From positions 16,296,357-16,360,356 of the forward strand of contig OZ316892.1 of NCBI GenBank assembly GCA_973895155.1: a stretch of DNA of 64,000 bases. Reading direction: 5' to 3'. The stretch is from Marsupella aquatica (lineage: Eukaryota; Plantae; Marchantiophyta). Positions 22,855 to 36,641 of the stretch are shown piece by piece (within the stretch, counting starts at the first letter, position 1; each line of letters opens with the position of its first letter). The notes beneath the pieces are model-generated. The model did not search any database, was not told the DNA's origin, and saw only the letters and a list, made by a program, of their open reading frames with translations. Both the position numbers and the translations under genes were made by a program.

Positions 22855-25800
22855 GTAGTGCGGGTGCAGGTTCCCAATTTTGAGACAATTTGGCTCATTT
22901 TATGTCCCGAGGGAATCCTGGAGTTTATGTATTGAGTTTCTAGGTGAAGATGCTTAATATAAGGAAATTCAATTATCACTTCGTTCCCAACTTCTATTAA
23001 TTGAAAATACACAAGCTGGAAGCAAGAAGACAAGCCACAATCTAGCATCTTAGCCAAACACAATCGTCCCGACAAAGCAAAACTCAGCTGGACAGAAGTC
23101 ACTCGGATCCACAAAAAATTGAAGATTCACCTCCAAGCCGGAGGCTGATCACTTCAGTACAGCAACTTCTAGAGGGAACAAACTCTGCTCAGCCCCACAG
23201 AAACACAAATGTTAAGGCTCCAAGTCAGAGCTCACAAACAAAAACTCAGATAAATAACATTCAAAATCTGTCCAGGTTTGTGCAAAGTGTACATATTCAT
23301 TCTTCTGGAATGAACACGCAATGCATACATCACCTAGACACAGTCATTATAAATCATTGGGCGATTGGGGACCACTAAGCAGGTGTGTTCCTATTTCGAG
23401 GCTACAGGAAAGGATAGAGTGACACCAAACTCAAGAGTACACCAAAAGAAAAACAGCAAGAACCAAAGTCAATCATGTGTGGATAAACTGCACATGGGAA
23501 GTTCCCCTGAAGAAGCATCAGTTGCTAACATTGTCACCCGAACCACACCTAGTTTATGACCTCAATGTCTTCAGCCTCAATATCCAATCCTCAGCCCCCT
23601 GGTGCTTCCGTGTTTGTTCTGAAAATTTCTGTGATGAAATAATTATTCAATACATTCAATAGGAGTTCAGACAATCTGAAGAGGACTTTGGACTTGAATG
23701 GGGGACAGCGTGGCCATATAGTTATCCTTGTGGCCTTCAGCTACGTGTCTCACGCTGAATTTCACTTTCCAGTTTCGAGAGTTGTGAAGGTCTAGTTTTA
23801 GTAACTTCCTCCTGACTCGACTTGGGAGCATTCTCTGTATTTGCTAGCTTGTAGTTAGCTTTGACTCCTTTCAGCTTAGTTGACGACCCTCTTGAGATAT
23901 TAACAATTAATATCAAAGGCATTGAAACAAAGCGGGTGGCAGTTTCAGTATCTCAGGCAATGCAAAATTAATCCATACTTAATCAGCCCTGGCCACACAT
24001 TCCTTCAAAGCCCCTCATACTAGCAAGCAGGTCTGGCCTGTGAATCTTGTAGTGCTTAACGATACAAAGCCTTCCCAAGTACCAATTCAAAAGTAGCAGA
24101 AATAGATCGAAAGCTAGTTCCGATGATAGCTCCCAAAAGCTTTCCTCAGCCCGATTCCTATGCACATCAGAGGAGCTCAAACCATTTAGAAATGAGATCA
24201 CAGATTACTCTTGACAATCTCAAAAATGCCACAACCTAAGCACTGACAGCTCCGTCCCCCCATTCTAATTTCTCCGACAAGTTTGCCTTAAAGCACATCC
24301 ACTCGCAGTTCAAGCAGATTCAGAATCATCATAGACAATAGAGTGTTCTACCATAGCCCACGGTAGGTCCACGGCCATCGTAACAAACGCTCCACCCCCG
24401 GGGCTTATTAGTATTGCTCACTTTTAAGAAGGGCAGTTTTCGCAAAAGCAGTCTAATTGCCTAGACTGCACTAGAAAAGTTGGAGGCAATATCACAGCGG
24501 AGCATTCTGTGTCTAAGGGAGAGCGACGCCGTTCAGGAGATAGATGCGCGAGAGAGTGAAGGTGGTGGGGAGCGAAAGACGGGTTGGGACTGGACCCTTG
24601 GTGCCGGTGGGTAATATGTGGGGTTTCAATGAACAATGGGCCAGTTTGAGGAGGATTAAGAAGCGCGCACCCCACGTTCTTGTGTGGTGGTTGGGTGGGG
24701 TTTTGTTTGATAGAAGAAGAAATCACCATTCTCTTATGGAAGAAAGAAAATCGCAGGAAACAGTGGGCAGGAGAACAAGGCATGTAATAGAGAACAACGA
24801 GGCATGTAATAGAGTACTTGCGGTTACTCTAACGGTGCACGAACACTCACCTTTGTCTTCCGCTTTGTCTGCTGTGGCCAACAAATCCCAGAGCGCTGCC
24901 GAGCTTGGTGGTTGCTTGATGGTTGAAAGTGCGTAGCTCACGTCCCTACCTCAATGTCCAACTCAATGTGGGATGCAGCAGCTTCTCTTGGTCGCATCTC
25001 CTCTTCGTCGCATCTCCTCTTGGTTGCATCTCCTCCTTGTCGCAGCTCCTCTTGGGGTTCACAGCTAGCGCGCAGCAGCGCTCGATGGTTGACAATGCGC
25101 AGCTGAGCTAGGAGAAGAACTGAATGACTGTGGCTGCTCTTCTCTGCAGTCCAAGCACCCGGCTGGCAGAATGCTACGACACCTGAAAGAAGCGCACTTT
25201 CAGCTGCATGGCCGGGACTAGTAGAAACCGTTGACGGTGAAGGGCATTCTCGGTTTGGACCTCCTCTCTCCAACCCTTCTAACCCGCACCTCCAAAGTTG
25301 ATTCGGGAGTTGATTAGCAATAACGTCGCTCCTATGCCAAAGGCACCAAGAACCAAGCCAAAAGAAAGGGTTTAGCAAAGGGAGAGCGATGTAGTGTGCA
25401 CTGATCAATGACTCAAAGTTGACGTCGAACCCTCCATTGCGCTAGCTATTGGCGATTGCCACACAGAGAGCAGCCGTATGTAGCAAACTGTAATGCAGAT
25501 ACTCCCGTCAAAGGTCGATGCGTCACACTCAGCTTTAGAGGAAGGATAAACGATTGAGCAGCATTGCATTGTGCAAAAATGTTGGAGAAGCACATTGCTT
25601 CCAGGCCCGAGCTCACCTCCTTCCCCTTTCACCACTTCGCAGCTCCTCCAAGAGACATTCACTCAAGGGCACATCACGCAGTTGCTTGCCCTCCTCAGAA
25701 GCTCAACACCACAGCCACCAAAGTTGTCAGCTCCCACTGCAACTGAACAGGTCACTACCAAAAGCCCGCTCCCACCGCAGCTGAACAAGTGAGCGACACA

Positions 25801-27406
25801 AGAGTGTAGGACCTCCGCCAAGCCCAGGGCAGCAGCTCAATGAAACTCAATTTGCAACTCGTCTCACTCTCGCTCTTGCTGCAAAGAAAAAAAAGCGCAG
25901 GTCAAACTCCTTTGTGGCCTCAGTCCCCACCGCTTTCCCCAAGCTATGGACAACTACTAGCAGCTTGCGCTCACAGCATGACATCCAGGTCTTTAGCCAA
26001 CTGCACACTGGAAACCGAGAGAAGTGAGCGCAGTCACGCAAGGCCAAAAAAGACCAAAGTTGAGCCAAAGCAAAACTTTACTAATGTATTTATAGTCAAG
26101 CATGAGGGCAATCAGGTAAGCAGAAGACCACGCATTCCCGCAAAGAGTTGTAGGTTCTCGTCACTTCCTCGCCTCTGTATAGAAGGTCGATCGTTGTATC
26201 TCGGGTACCCAATGATAGTGGAGATGAATGCAAATAGGCCTCACCAATCGCCAGTCATCCGCGATAACCCTCCCGACAACCTTTGTAAACTCTGGACCCA
26301 GCCTCAACCTCACTCAGCACAGTAGCAAAACCTAGCAATGTCACCGCTGCAATGTTTTGTGCTTGCAATAAGCAGCCTCCTAAACCCACAGCTCCTTCCA
26401 CTGCCAACAAAATGCCAATGACTCAACCCTCATTCCAACCCCGAGCTCCCAATAGTAGCGAGAATCCAAGCCTTTGACTGCAAGCGCACAGCGGAGACAA
26501 GACACTCAAAGAAGCTCGATAGGATTCACTCAGGAAACCTAGGGCCCAAGCCTGACGATGTTCGGCTCTTCCTTCTCGCTCGCCAAATGCCGACACTCTG
26601 TGCGCGCGAAGGCACTCGTCGTTTCTCCCAAGGGTTTTGGCACAAGGGGTTTGGGAAAAACAGTCAATGGGCAAAGGCATTACCATGTAACACGTGGAAA
26701 CTTGTGGCATGGTCCATTAGGTGAAGGGGTTCATGAAGCCAATTGAGGGCAACACGCATTACAAGGAAGAGTAGGTAGAAGTGGTCTTGCGGCAAAGGCA
26801 TTGCATTGTACCCTTAACAAAAAGAGTCCCTAATATTGGGCTGTTCAATATTCCTAGATGAAGGGAGTTGCAACCATTTGAAATTGGCCAAGGGGTATAT
26901 TTGGAGACAGAATGCTGCCAAATGATGTTAGTGGGTTCAGTGTGTGTCTTTCTCTTTGTATGATGGAGTAACCAGTGGCCTGCATCATGGCGCGCGACTT
27001 GCAATTGCACCGACCTCCGGTACATATACCTATAATCATTTTGTCAATCATACATATAAAGTATATATGTATGGGTTGGATTTGGGATGTGGGTCGGCAT
27101 TATTATTTAATAAGAGCCAAAGTTATATTGTTCTTATATATGTGCAACCATGGTGATAAATATGGCAGAAAGCGCTATTATAATTGTGCTGAGTCACTTA
27201 TAAAACTTCAAAATAATTGCCTACACTAAGTTACAATTGCAACACTCCAAATAGTTATAGATATGACTCTCCAAAAATTCACCAAAACTTAGTTGAGAAG
27301 GTGTAACAAAGATGACACCAATAACCTTGGAGTCACTAATTTCCAAAGGTCTCAAGTAAGTCATGTAAGGGAGGGTCTCAGATAGGGCCGGTTTCTTCTA
27401 GTGAGT

Positions 27407-29714
27407 GTCAGCACGAGCCTTTGCACGGATTTCTAGCTTGTCCATGAAAAAGCATGGGTCGGTGAGAAAGTATGCTGATAGGTTACTAGACTTGGTTGAC
27501 AAGTACAACCCAAACACAGCCAAGTCTACTCAACGAGATTGGTTCATCAATGGGTTACCTTCTCGAATTGCTCACTACGTTAGAAGGGAAGGTGGCACTA
27601 CATTCGAAGAAGCCCAGGAAGCAGCCCAGAAATATGTAGATTCTGAGGTATCCGAAAAGAAGCGTGTAACGAAGGATCTGCGGAGAAATAAAAAGAAGGA
27701 TAGGAAGAAAAGGAAGAAGAGTAAATCTTCATTCAGTTCGGAGTCTGACGAGAGCGGAACTTCCAGTTCGGGTGAGACAAGTGAAGACTCGGGATCGAGT
27801 AGTACCACCAGCTCAAGTTCGAGTTTAGAGGATTTGAAAGGAAAAGGCAAAAGGGTGCAAAAGCCAAAGGTACCACAGAAAGCAAAGCAGCTTGACAAAA
27901 TAACGGACAACCTAACAAGCAAACTAAATAAACTATCAGTTAATGCGGCTATACTTAAACTACCGCGTAAACCCCCTCCTACAATCCGCAATAATGTGTG
28001 GTGCCCCAGATGTAACAATCAGGGACACTATCACCATGAGTGCCCCACTTTACAGAGAGCAGTAAACTACGGGGAAGAGGAGCAAACTTATGACTATGGG
28101 GATGTTTATGCGGTACCAGCCCCATTTTCTGGACAATATTTTCCTTCACCAACTGCTCCACCTCCCTATGCAGTACCAAAAACACCAGCACTAACTGCCT
28201 ATAATAGACCTGTTCCAAGACCACCAATGGGACCACCTGGTGGGTATCCACCTAGAGGAGCACCTCGGGAGAGAGGCACCTATTACAATTGTGGACAGAC
28301 TGGACATTATTCTCTTGAGTGCCCCTATCCCAAGAGAGAAGTGGGGTATACCCCTATTTGTGGAAATTGTGGGAAGGATGGACACTTACCAGTTGAATGC
28401 CCAAGCCCCCCTAAACCAAAAATGATAGTTAGATTTGCAAAAGAGCCCGTGAAAGAAGTCTCCAGAGCAGAGGACCTCAGAATGGTGTACACACAACAAG
28501 ATGAAGATCAATGCGGACGAATTACAGTGGAATCGGACGCAGATGACCTCCACAAAGTACACAATGTTTTCTCCCAATCATTAAGTGGAATTATTCCAGA
28601 TGTGGAACTACATGACTTGGTGCAAGATGAGGTTGTAGGTATGCCTCACAAGCGAGTCCAGGAAAGGGATAAAATTTTGGATATTTTTGCAACTACCCGT
28701 TCCAAAACTTCACACAAAACTTCAGCACACAAGGGTAAGGAGGAGACGAGAAGCAAAGACCTTAAGAAGCATAAAAAGCCTAGAGTACCAGCGGAAGAAG
28801 GAATCCCAAAGGAGAGTGATCCAGCATATGATAGGTACGACCCTAAATATTTCCAACCTGACATCTCCAATGAGATCCGCAACCAGATCCAAGACATAAC
28901 AGAAAAACTAGACCAGTACAAGGAACTAACATCTACCCTAGGGGCGGAAAAAAATAATATATCCGCATCTCAGAACGCTACAATGCCAAAACCAAAGGGG
29001 TATGACATTGTAGAGGTAGTCAAAAACCACCCAGCGAATATCACTGTGGGGGACTTATTGCAAGAAAACCCGGTGTATAGAAAGCAGCTAAAACTACTTC
29101 TTACCGGCAACAAGAGGAGAAAGAGACTACCTTCGGCTCAAGCCTTCCGTTTGGAATGGGAAGACAAGGGACCACCTGAAATAGAAGTGCAAATTTCAGG
29201 ATGCGTGTTAACTGATGTACCAGTGGATGGTGGGTCCAGCGTTAACATCATTACAGAGGATGCAGCATTTAAAATTGGGATAATCCAGTTTGAAAAGACC
29301 CTTCAGATCCTCCGAATGGCAGATCAGTCTAGAGTGGTACCTGTGGGTAAACTCACTCAAGTACCAACAGTCATTGGGGGACTAACCTTTCCATTAGACT
29401 ATGTAGTACTTCGACCAACAGGGCAGTCTACTTATCCAGTATTATTGGGTAGGCCGTGGCTGTATAAGGCCAAAGTCAAGGTAGACTGGGAGCGCAGACA
29501 GATGACTTTTGGGAAACCAAGAGTGACAATTAATTGGGCAGTGGACCCTCACCAAGGAGAAACCCAGACAGATACTGGGTACACCTCAGATTTTTCTGAC
29601 TCTTCCCTACAGGTAGAAGAGAGGGATTTTAACGTTGTTGATGTAGGATACCTGGACGAGGAAGAACCTGAGAGTGCCCCTTTCACTCAGGTTGACCACC
29701 ACGGATTGCTCTGA
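27407..29714 (+). CDS. gag: Gag C-terminal part with three CCHC knuckles plus aspartic protease of element B
   Basis: Knuckles CPRCNNQGHYHHEC, YYNCGQTGHYSLEC (first C lost) and CGNCGKDGHLPVEC. Protease motifs VDGGSSVNII and VLLGRPWL. Confidence 0.92.
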
Positions 29715-32622
29715 CGCCAGGAGAAGGAGGCCCAAGTGACGGGTCTGCCCGATGAACAGGAGAATTATCCCTGGCATTCCGTGGGCCAGGAACGTAAGGA
29801 AGGAATTGTAGACCCCCGTCAATGCCAGAAAATTGAAGTGGAACCAGGAAAGTTCATTAATATTAGCAACCACATCCAGGGAGAACTAAAGGAGAAGTAT
29901 ATCCAACTGCTGACTCAATACAAAGATGTCTTCGCATGGAGCCACCAGGACCTCAAAGGAATACCATCCCACCTAGGTGAGCACCGCATAGACTTGATTG
30001 AGGGAGCGGTCCCAGTACGGCAAAAGCAATACCGTTTAAACCCGAAGTATTCCAGCATGGTGAAGGATGAGTTAGATAAGCTTACAGCGGTTGGCTTCAT
30101 TTACCCTATCCTTAATAGTGATTGGGTCTCGCCCATTGTCATTGTACCAAAGAAAACAGGACCAGATGGGAAACCAAAAATCCGAGTGTGCCAGGACTTC
30201 CGGAAACTTAATGCTGCTACTAGGAAAGATCACTACCCTTTGCCCTTCATTGACATAATTCTAGACTCAGTGGTTTTGCATGAATTATACAGCTTCCTGG
30301 ATGGATATTCCGGCTATAATCAGGTTTCCATAAGGAGGGAGGATCAGGATAAAACTACTTTTACTACGGATTGGGGTACTTATGCCTTCAGAGTCATGCC
30401 ATTTGGACTATGCAATGCCCCTGGCACATTTCAGCGGATCATGATGATAATTTTCCAGGATTTTTTGAGAAAATTCTTGGAGATTTTTCTTGATGACTTC
30501 TGCGTATATGGATCATCCTTAGACCACCTGCAGCATTTAGAGCTCACCTTCCAGAGATGTCGTACCTCTCAACTTTGCCTTCACCCGGAAAAATGCTACA
30601 TTGGTATGAGAGAAGGAATCTTGTTGGGGCATGTCATATCTCAGAGAGGTATAGAAGTGGACGCAGAAAAGGTAAGGATCATTATGGCACTTACACCTCC
30701 TACCAACTTGAAAACACTTAGAGGATTTCTTGGCTACGTGGGTTACTATCGCAGGTTCATTCACAAATATGCGGATTTAGCTATGCCCTTAACCCACCTA
30801 CTGAAGAAAAACCAGGAGTACCAATGGACCTCGGAAAGGCAGCAAGCATTTGAGGTACTCAGGAATTATTTAACCAATGCTCCAGTTCTACAACCCCCAA
30901 ACTGGAATAAACCCTTCCATGTATATATTGATGCATCTGCATACTGTGTCGGGGCGGTGTTGAGCCAATTAGATGAAAATAAGAAAGATCACCCGATCTA
31001 TTACGCCAGCCGACAAATGAATAGTGCGGAAAAAAATTACTCCGTCACAGAACGAGAAGCCCTAGCTGTAGTCTTTTCTTGTAAAAAATTCCGACACTAC
31101 TTGCTAGGATATAAGACCATTTTTCATACGGACCACTCTTCCCTAAAATACTTGGTGAATCAGCCCGACTTAAGCGGAAGAATTGCTCGTTGGGTACTAC
31201 TTTTGCAAGAGTATGACTATGAGGTGCAGGTCAGACCAGGGAAACACCATGATAATGCAGACTTCTTATCTAGGTTGGAAGGACCTGAAAATGCAGAGGT
31301 ATTGTCTGACCAGTTTCCGGATGAACATCTATGGCACTTGGAGGGGGAAGAGTCTCAATATGCAGATATTGTACGAATGTTGACGGATGGCAGTTACCCC
31401 CCAGACCTAAATGCGGAAGAAAAGGCAGTGTTCCTTCATAAAGTAGGACCTTATACTCTGATCCGTGGCAACTTGTTTAAACTACTTCCTAACTAGAGAC
31501 TTCATCGGTGTTTGGAGGCAAGAGAAACCAATCAAGCCATTGCTGCGCTACACACCGAAACTGCAGGAGGGCACTATGCGGTTAACACTACAGTTCAAAA
31601 GATCAAAGATGCGGGATATTGGTGGCCCACAATGCACCGAGACACTTACAGATATATTCAGAGCTGTGACCCATGCCAGCGAGTGGGGAAACCCACAACT
31701 ACTTCTAAATGGCCACTCACTCCCATCTTACCACTCTCACCCTTCGAAAAATGGGGTATAGATTTCATTGGACCCATATCGCCTGCAGCAAGGAACAGTC
31801 GCAGCAGATACATTATCTTAGCCACGGATTATATGACAAAATGGGTCGAGGCTAAGCATACACGACGGAATGACGCTGCCACAGCTGCTAGCTTCCTATT
31901 TGAAAATATTATCACTCGTTATGGTTGCCCACTGGAGTTGGTAAGTGATAGAGGGTTACATTTTTTGAACACTACTATTGAACTCATCACTAGTAAGTAT
32001 TTGATTAAACATCGCAAATCCACTCCTTATAACCCAAGAGCTAATGGACTTACTGAACGTGCTAATGGAATAATGGGAAAGATACTCAACAAAATGGTTG
32101 AGGCACACAAAACGGATTGGGACTTGAAACTTCCATCTGCGCTGTGGGCCTACAGAACAGCTGAGAAGATCACCACTCTTCACACTCCCTTTTATATGGC
32201 ATTTGGTTTTAACAGTGTCACTCCCATTGAATTTGAAATCCCCACCGAGAGAATTGTTTCCCCACAAAGAACTATAGAACCTGAGAGTTTTTCTGCCCGC
32301 TTGGAAACCCTGGATATGTTGGAAGAGCACCGGTTGCTGGCTTTAGAGCAAACCCATCACCAACAAGAGAAAAGGAAGCTCCAATATGATAAGAAGCTAA
32401 AGACACCCACTTTACAGGAAGGAGATCTGGTCTTAGTATATGATTCAAGGTACATGTTCTTTCCTGGAAAACTACATACTCATTGGATTGGACCTTACAC
32501 AGTAAAGAAAGTATGGCCTAACGGATCCCTGACATTGCATACCCTAAGTGGAGACTCTGGACACGCGCATTAATGGCTTCCGAGTTAAGAAGTATTATCT
32601 TCCACCACCTGATGGCTTGTGA
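29715..32622 (+). pseudogene. pol: Pol of element B: RT, RNase H, integrase (in-frame stops at 29712 and 31494; frameshift near 32560)
   Basis: RT: DFRKLN, LDGYSGYNQ, MPFGLCNAP, FLDD. RNase H: DASAY, YYASR, EREAL, TDH. Integrase: H..GGHY, CDPCQ, WGIDFIG, SDRG, NGLTER, WIGPY. Confidence 0.95.
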
Positions 32623-32638
32623 GGATACGGCGCCGTTT

Positions 32639-32651
32639 GAAGGGAGGGCTA
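32639..32651 (+). promoter_or_regulatory. Polypurine tract of element B
   Basis: GAAGGGAGGGCTA immediately before the 3' LTR TG. Confidence 0.85.
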
Positions 32652-35600
32652 TGTGGATATACAGTAAACTTGAAAAGCTAAGATTAAGTGCAAATTTTTA
32701 AATTTTCTGGTCGCTAAATTTTAAGTTCACTTAAACTTACATTTTTTACGCCTTTTAGTAAGATACGATCTTATGATCTTACGATCTTACGATCTTACGA
32801 TCTTATTACCTTACGATTTATGAACTTACGCGGTACTAGAAGATTACGCCGTTGCAAGACTAACGGGCGGAAAGTACACTATGAGCCGCATCGCGTGAAA
32901 TCTTACGACCAGAGCGAATCACTCTCTGCATGACTATTTCCGATGCTTACAAGCATCGCTCCGCTTCATCTGATCAGCATCCACCTCAAGATTTGTGAAC
33001 CCGAGAGCTATGGCAACATTCGATTGTGATGAGGAATACCTCATTGATTCTGTGGCAATTCCAAAAGCGCTCGTCATCAGGCTCCCCAGGACCGAAGAGA
33101 GCTATGAATCATTACGCCAATCCTTGAGAGAGCTTGGACTGGAAAAATTATTACGACTACCATGGACTTCAGAGTTGGACACCTACCTGGAAGATTTTGT
33201 CAGAGGATCAATTGTCGCCTCACCTTCGCCTACTTCTATTCGAGGACGGCCCAGCAAATGGACCATAGATCACTTTGCGTATGCTTTTGGATGTTCTGCT
33301 GACAGAGAAGCGCTACTTTCGCCCAAGAATGATACATCAACTCCATACTTTTCAGGTACCCGGAATAAGAGAAATGGTTGGAATGTGAGTCAATGCAATC
33401 ATTTGGAGCTAAGAATTCTTTTGGAATTTTTGGTTCCTATTTTTCATCCCAAGAAACCAACTGTTTGCTCCATTTCTCTGGCCAATACCATCATCGCTGC
33501 GCACAGTGGTAGAGTAAAGGTCAATTGGGCTTTGGTATTTTTCAATGTTGTGAGGGATCAACTTCGGACATTAAGGGCGAATCAATCAACTCAACTGCAA
33601 AACTATCTAGCCCAGCTATACTCCGCTTTTGATTGCTCACTTCCTGAGGAGGTGATGGAGAGAGATTATCTTATGGAAGAAATCTCCAAGTTGTGGGAAC
33701 AAGATGAAATTATGCCTACTACAGCAGAAGAGGCAAACGTCATATCGCCAGCTTCTCCAGGCAGCCGGGCAAGTCTTCACAATTCAAGTCCTTCAGATGA
33801 GGTACCCATGGACCTAGAAGCACTTACTACAGATGCTGAGATGATAGACTACCCAGGGATCCCCTCACCACCCCTTTCCACAGGAATTGGGAAGTTTCCT
33901 ATTCGACTTGCACAGGACGACTCCAATCAGACCCTGATCAGTAAGGTGTGTGCTTTGCTCAACTGTGACTTTCATTCACTGTACGAGACCATTGAGCAAT
34001 TGCGCCATGACGCAGTGACATAGGTTCCTCCTTCTGCACTTTCATCTCCGGATCATGAGAATTCGCCATCATCTTCACCTCCAGCAGAAATTCAGCTCTC
34101 CACAGAGGAACTTTTTGCTGTTAAGACCGTGGCTCAAATCTCAGTTCCATCCCCTACAGACTTGAAGGAGACCTCACCTACAAATTCAGAGCCTCCTCCC
34201 TGCTCATCTGTAGAACATCACTCCTGCCTTAAGATTGTCCATGAGTTAACTACTATGTTAGGCTGCCGTTCAGAAGAAGTCACCTCCATAGTCGATGAAT
34301 TTCTTGATAAACCTGAACCTTCACGCTCCCCACTGCCATCCTCTCAGTTTCCCTATAGTCCTAATTCCAATTATGAGCCTACTGATAGTCTACCTCATAA
34401 ATCTTTGCACTCCACACAGCCCTTCTCTCAGCAAGGATTTCCCTTTTCTGAAGATTCTGATCCTCCATCCACACCAGAATACTTCTTTCCCTATGATATT
34501 CCAGTCTGTGACTCACCAGATCAGGGATTCGAAAGAGTTAATGCAGCCTTGCGATCTAATCCCAACCTTGTTGCAGTTGTCACTTCTTCTACCCAGACTC
34601 CTAGAAACGCTATCATCTATAAAATGGAGCCTAGAACACCAGAGCAACAAGTCCAGAAGTATGTCACCACTTGTAAGGTTATGCATGCCAATACACCGCC
34701 TATAAGTGAGTTCTGGAGGTTTTATTATTTGAAGAAAGCAGAGGCTAGCTACATTTTTGATCTCAGGATGATTGGTACCTCTTGCGTGGAGTTGGCTCAG
34801 TTTGATGAGTACTGGACAGATTCAGTCTACTTCCGACCTATACTGGCCGTTATGTTTCTACAAGGTGATGTTGAAGTTGATGACCCGGATTTAATCTTGG
34901 CCTATTTGGGAAATATAGCCGCTTATGCTTTAGATTTCTTACTGATTTTTCTAAAACAGAGCAACAAGTCTACTACCCCTGATCACTCATATATTCCCAC
35001 TGGACCCAAGGTTATCCTTACTTCAACCACTTCTTATGAAGACAAGCAGCGAGTATGGAACAACATCAGCACGCAGCAGCTAACAAACTACACTCGCTAC
35101 TTCCGGGATGTGCAGTGGAAATTATGATCCTCCTACAACAAGATGCTGAGTACAGAGATGTTCTTACAATTCTACCCATCTGTCTACGCCAACTCGTGCA
35201 ATTGTTTAGATGTCATAGGCATCTTACGGGAAGCAATCAGAATCAACCAGTGCTTTTTGGAGAAAAGGATGCCACTTATGTATTGGGGAAGACAGATGAG
35301 ATGTCTACCTTACATCCGGGATCAACCTCACTGTGATGAAGTAAGGGAAGCTATTCGGACGCGCACTATTTGGAAAGTAGAAATTAGAGAACCAGAGGAT
35401 ATTCGACAACCAAAAGATTGAAGCAGACCTGCAATTTTGTTAAGTGTCAGAGGCAGTTTCAGTTACTGTACCCCGCTCGATTTTATTAGACATGTTTTAA
35501 GATTCCAAAACTCATCAAGTCTTTTTCAGTAGACAACTTATACATAGGAAAACACATTGGCAAAGTCTCAATCACTCTGGATTGTAGTTAGAAAGTTAGA

Positions 35601-36636
35601 AATACTTTAGTTTGCTGAGTTTAGGGTTATTGTTAAGTTTCCGCGACTACGACTTTACGATCTTATGATCTTATGATCTTACGAACCTACGCTTTTACGA
35701 ATTACGATCTTACGATACTACGGTAAACTTAACTTAGTTAGTTTTAGACCTTTTCATACTTAGTTTTCATTTTTGACTTTTTGAGGGTTTTGAAGGGTCA
35801 TGACTCTTCAACCCCCAAGGGTTTTTCCTCGATGTTTTTCACTATAAGTACCTTCCACTTCTAATAAGCAGAAGTAAGTAAGTCAGACATGACTTGTCGC
35901 CCATTGGTGTTGTCCTTGTGATTTTGGACTTTTTGAAGTTCAGAGTAGGCAATCCTAGGAGGGACTTACCTCCTTCTTGTATTTTGGAACCCAAATACTT
36001 GAAGTAAAACCTCAGTTATGAATCTCGTGAATTATAATGTCAGATTCCGCTTTGGTGACACATTGTAATCTCACAAGTTCTTAGAGTTAACCCATTGAGT
36101 TTAAGTTGCATTGGAAATGATGTTTTCACCTTCATGTTACTTAGTACCATCTAAATGCTGAAATATTTATCCTTTTAGATCTTGACTAAGTATCACTTAG
36201 GAAGAAAGGTCAAGACATGTTGCCGGCATTTTAAAAGGATACTCTAGTATGCAGTTTAGATCTGAAAAGCTGTGTGGATTTGAATTCCCTTAAAGTCATT
36301 CCATTATTGCTTATGTCTAAGGAGTAACCTTGGTATATTCCAAACTCCCTTAAGCATACTCTAAGAGATTTTTCCTTGTGTTTTGTTAATTGCAACCTTT
36401 TGCTTAATTGATGGTTATATGATGTTGAGTTATCATCAAAAACTGCTCATCGCTGTGGAGCGATCTTCAAAGTACCTAATTAAAGTAGTCAAGATTGATT
36501 ACTATGTGTGACACAACAGCTTAAAGCTTTATTTTTAGTTTATTACATCAAACCAACCCAATCTTGTTCTTAACGGGAACGAATATCGAGTTTAGAGACG
36601 TAAAAGAGTTCTTTTGGTTCTCTATAGCAAACTACA
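32652..36636 (+). repeat. 3' LTR of element B (3985 bp)
   Basis: Near-identical to 2258-6218, followed by the TSD AAGAG. Confidence 0.95.
33010..35127 (+). pseudogene. 3'-LTR copy of the B LTR-encoded gene with a premature stop
   Basis: Near-identical protein to 2592-4709, with CAG>TAG at 34021-34023. Confidence 0.85.
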
Positions 36637-36641
36637 AAGAG

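Larger units (their letters stand above)
9337..27403 (-). mobile_element. CACTA (En/Spm) DNA transposon with captured genes
   Basis: TIRs CACTAGAAGAATCCG / CGGTTTCTTCTAGTG and 3-bp TSD AGT (9334-9336, 27404-27406). GTGAC/GTCAC-rich subterminal motifs and a TNP2 transposase. Confidence 0.97.
2258..36636 (+). mobile_element. Full-length Ty3/Gypsy LTR retrotransposon, family B (non-chromovirus, Athila-like PBS), with nested CACTA
   Basis: Two near-identical TGTGG...CTACA LTRs and a 5-bp TSD AAGAG (2253-2257, 36637-36641). PBS and PPT are present. Domain order is gag-PR-RT-RH-INT with no chromodomain. Confidence 0.97.

Noticed and set aside
23000-27300. Many short ORFs in the right arm of the CACTA
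   Set aside because: No recognisable domains or consistent frame. They may include captured fragments I cannot identify.
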